64,000 nucleotides of DNA from Mobula hypostoma (Eukaryota): assembly GCF_963921235.1 (NCBI RefSeq), contig NC_086097.1, positions 52,578,001 to 52,642,000 on the forward strand, read 5' to 3'. Made by a program: the position numbers and the translations under genes. The notes under the pieces are model-generated. The model worked only from the letters and a program-made list of their open reading frames with translations, did not search any database and was not told the DNA's origin. This document shows, one piece after another, positions 61,601-64,000 of this stretch. Position 1 is the first letter of the stretch. Each line of letters begins with the position of its first letter.

Positions 61601-63434
61601 GTCTACTGATGTAGACATCAGTAGGTAATAAGTAAAATAGGACCTTTTTAATTGGTACTATCTCAAGACTTTAAATAGACTTTAATGCTTAATCCAATAA
61701 GGGCATATATGGCAATGAGTGAATTATCTATTTTTGTGAGAATGTGTATCCATGTAAAATGTTTATTAAGTAACCTGTCTATTTATGCTGTGAAGTTTGA
61801 GTTTAGTTCAACTGGAACGAATAGTTGAAAACAAACCAACAATAAGAAATTGCATTATTATTAGGCATTAGTTAGAGACAGAAGTGGCCAGTGGATATAA
61901 AGTACTTTCTTTGCGATTGTGTTGAAGAAATTTAACACAGAGACTATCATCCAGGAACTGGAGGAGAATGATAGCAGAGTTTCCTCAATAGGTGTCAGTT
62001 CCACCCTAACACATTGCTGATTATACTCTGCCGCTGAGAAATGTTTCCATATCATTTGAATAAAAATCACTATTTTGAAACATACAAAGTCCACTTATGC
62101 TCTATCTAAAGCTTGGAGGAAATAGCATCTTGACAAACTAATCCAAGGGAGGAGGGGTATATAAATATTTGGTGTAATAGAAGAGAATTCTCAGACAGAA
62201 CAAATCAGTACTTTGAAAAAAAACTATAGTCAAATACTAACTGTTGACCACTGCAGCTCATCTGGAAGGAACTTTAAAGTTTCATTGGAGCTATTCAGGG
62301 TGTGTTTACAACGACAATACAGATAATCTAATTGAGCATTTGTAATTGGAATGGGACAGCTCTACTCACTTTATACTTACGACTGTGAGGCTAAGTTCAG
62401 CTCCAATGCCATATTTAAGTTATCTGACAACACCTCTGTTGTTGGCTGAATCGAAGGTGGTGACAAATCAGATTATGGGTGGGAGAATGAAAGTCTGGCT
62501 GAAGGTACCAGAACAACAACCTCCCACTCACTGCCAGCAAAACCAAAGAGCTGATATTGACTCAGTTTGTCCAGCAGTTTTTTTTGCTCTAAACTTCAAT
62601 ATCTACTGTCTCTTGTGACTTTATTTTTCTCATACCTCTCTCAATTATTGTTATAGGAGAAGTGGATGTTTTCAGGATTTTTCCTTTTATTAGTGGGCGA
62701 ATGGAAATTCAAGGGAATTGGGCTGAAGAGGTCTTCCCATGAATCCTCATCTTTAAATATAACTATCAACAAATTTCACTGCCCACCTGATGCATATAAA
62801 TATCATCTGACTTGTCATGTTTTTTCCCTGAAGAAATTGGAACACATATACTGTTTGGGTGTGACCAGGATATATAATCATTTTAGACACATTGCTGTTC
62901 CAGTTAAAATATTGTGGTGATCCAATTCTTATGTCAGAATTGAAAAGGAATGAGTAATTTTATATGAATCAAAAATACAAAAGCAATATGGAGAACAGCA
63001 ATATCATGAGCCAATGATGTGCTTAGTTCTCATTTTAAATGTACATTGTACCGGCAATATTGCAAGTTTACACATCACTGTGCAACCTCCTTGACTGAGG
63101 TCACATCAGGATTCAGTTATGTGCAGTCCAGAGCCTAGAGAATAATTCTGTGCTGAACTAGAATAGAGAAAGGTGCAGGGACGTTCAGCAAAAAATCTTC
63201 AAAGTACGGAGGAGGTTCAATGAAATAATTTGCTGTCATTGTTGCTAGCTTGAACAAAGCAAAATTTTTTGGACCAATGCCATTTTACTTGAATTCACTT
63301 CTCCCAGAATTGTCACCTTTCATGAAAACTTTGTTTGCTACAGTTACAATGTAATATCACTTCATTGAACATATTGTAATAGCAGACTTTCTCGTGTTTC
63401 AGCTTTATATAAACTACTGTTCAGACTTAGGCAT

Positions 63435-63842
63435 AGAAGGATGTAGAACAGTACAGCACAGTACAGGCGATTTATGTGCAAACCTATGTCAACCTACTCC
63501 ATGGTCAATCTAACCATTTGCTCCTACCCTGCCCATAGCCCTCCATTTTTTCTTATGGCTATGTCTCTCTAATGTATCAGCCTCTACCACCACCCCTGGC
63601 AGTGCAATCCAGGCACTGTGCACTTGCTGTGTAAAAAAAACAAAACTTTGACATCCCCCCTAAACTTTCCTCCACTCACCTTAAACAGATCTTCTCTGGT
63701 AATCACCATTGTCATCCAGAGACCAAGGTGCTGGCTGGCCACTCTATCTACGGTTCTCATAAACTTATACACCTCTACTAAGATGCCTCTTATCCTCTGT
63801 CGCTCCAAAGAAAACAGCTCGAGTTCACTCAACCTTTCCTTA
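63435..63842 (-). mobile_element. Old CR1 3' fragment
   Basis: CAGTACAGCACAGTACAGG end motif; minus strand ELELFSLERQRIRG. Confidence 0.7.
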
Positions 63843-64000
63843 AGTCTTTCCTATCTATGTGTCATTCATTGTAGGTTTAATTCTTACTTTCCTAAGTTAC
63901 TGTGTGTTATGTATGTGTAATGTTTACTTCTGTGCTTTACACCTAAGGACCAGAGAAACATTGTCTTGTTTGGTGGTACACATATATGTAGTTAAATGAC

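Larger units (their letters stand above)
56947..61626 (-). mobile_element. Older single-arm PLE copy (56947-58217 plus 61611-61626) with a nested CR1
   Basis: Diverged copy of the same PLE 3' region; PLE sequence GGCTTATA|GTAGACATCAGTAG resumes after the CR1; 14-bp TSD AATAAGTAAAATAG at 56933-56946 and 61627-61640. Confidence 0.9.

Noticed and set aside
43477..64000. PTGDR exon 2
   Set aside because: No TM7 with a DPW-type motif recognised in the ORF track or by eye; probably beyond the window, though I could have missed it.

Overview
This is eukaryotic, vertebrate DNA, most likely a cartilaginous fish (shark or ray), inferred from its CR1, Rex1, L1 and Penelope repeat mix. Most of the window is nested transposable elements: CR1, L1/Tx1, Rex1/Babar-like and L2/Crack-like LINEs, tRNA-derived SINEs, Tc1/mariner relics and one complete 4.35-kb Gypsy LTR element. 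The only host gene I can support is coding exon 1 of a prostaglandin D2 receptor (PTGDR/DP1)-like GPCR at 42709-43476; exon 2 was not found, so intron 1 appears to exceed 20 kb. The most striking system is a young Neptune-type Penelope-like retroelement (PLE; reverse transcriptase plus GIY-YIG endonuclease). It occurs three times as an inverted dimer of two 5'-truncated copies with their 3' ends facing outward (5251-7260, 13375-13568, 26009-29471); two of these sit inside a single 13-15 bp target-site duplication (TSD). Each long arm carries a minimal type I hammerhead ribozyme about 65-105 nt from its 3' end. A fourth, older copy (56947-61626) hosts a CR1. A Tc1 element at 53555-54572 has captured an inverted copy of its own flank. 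Family names come from recalled motifs, not database searches, and boundaries of old repeats are approximate.
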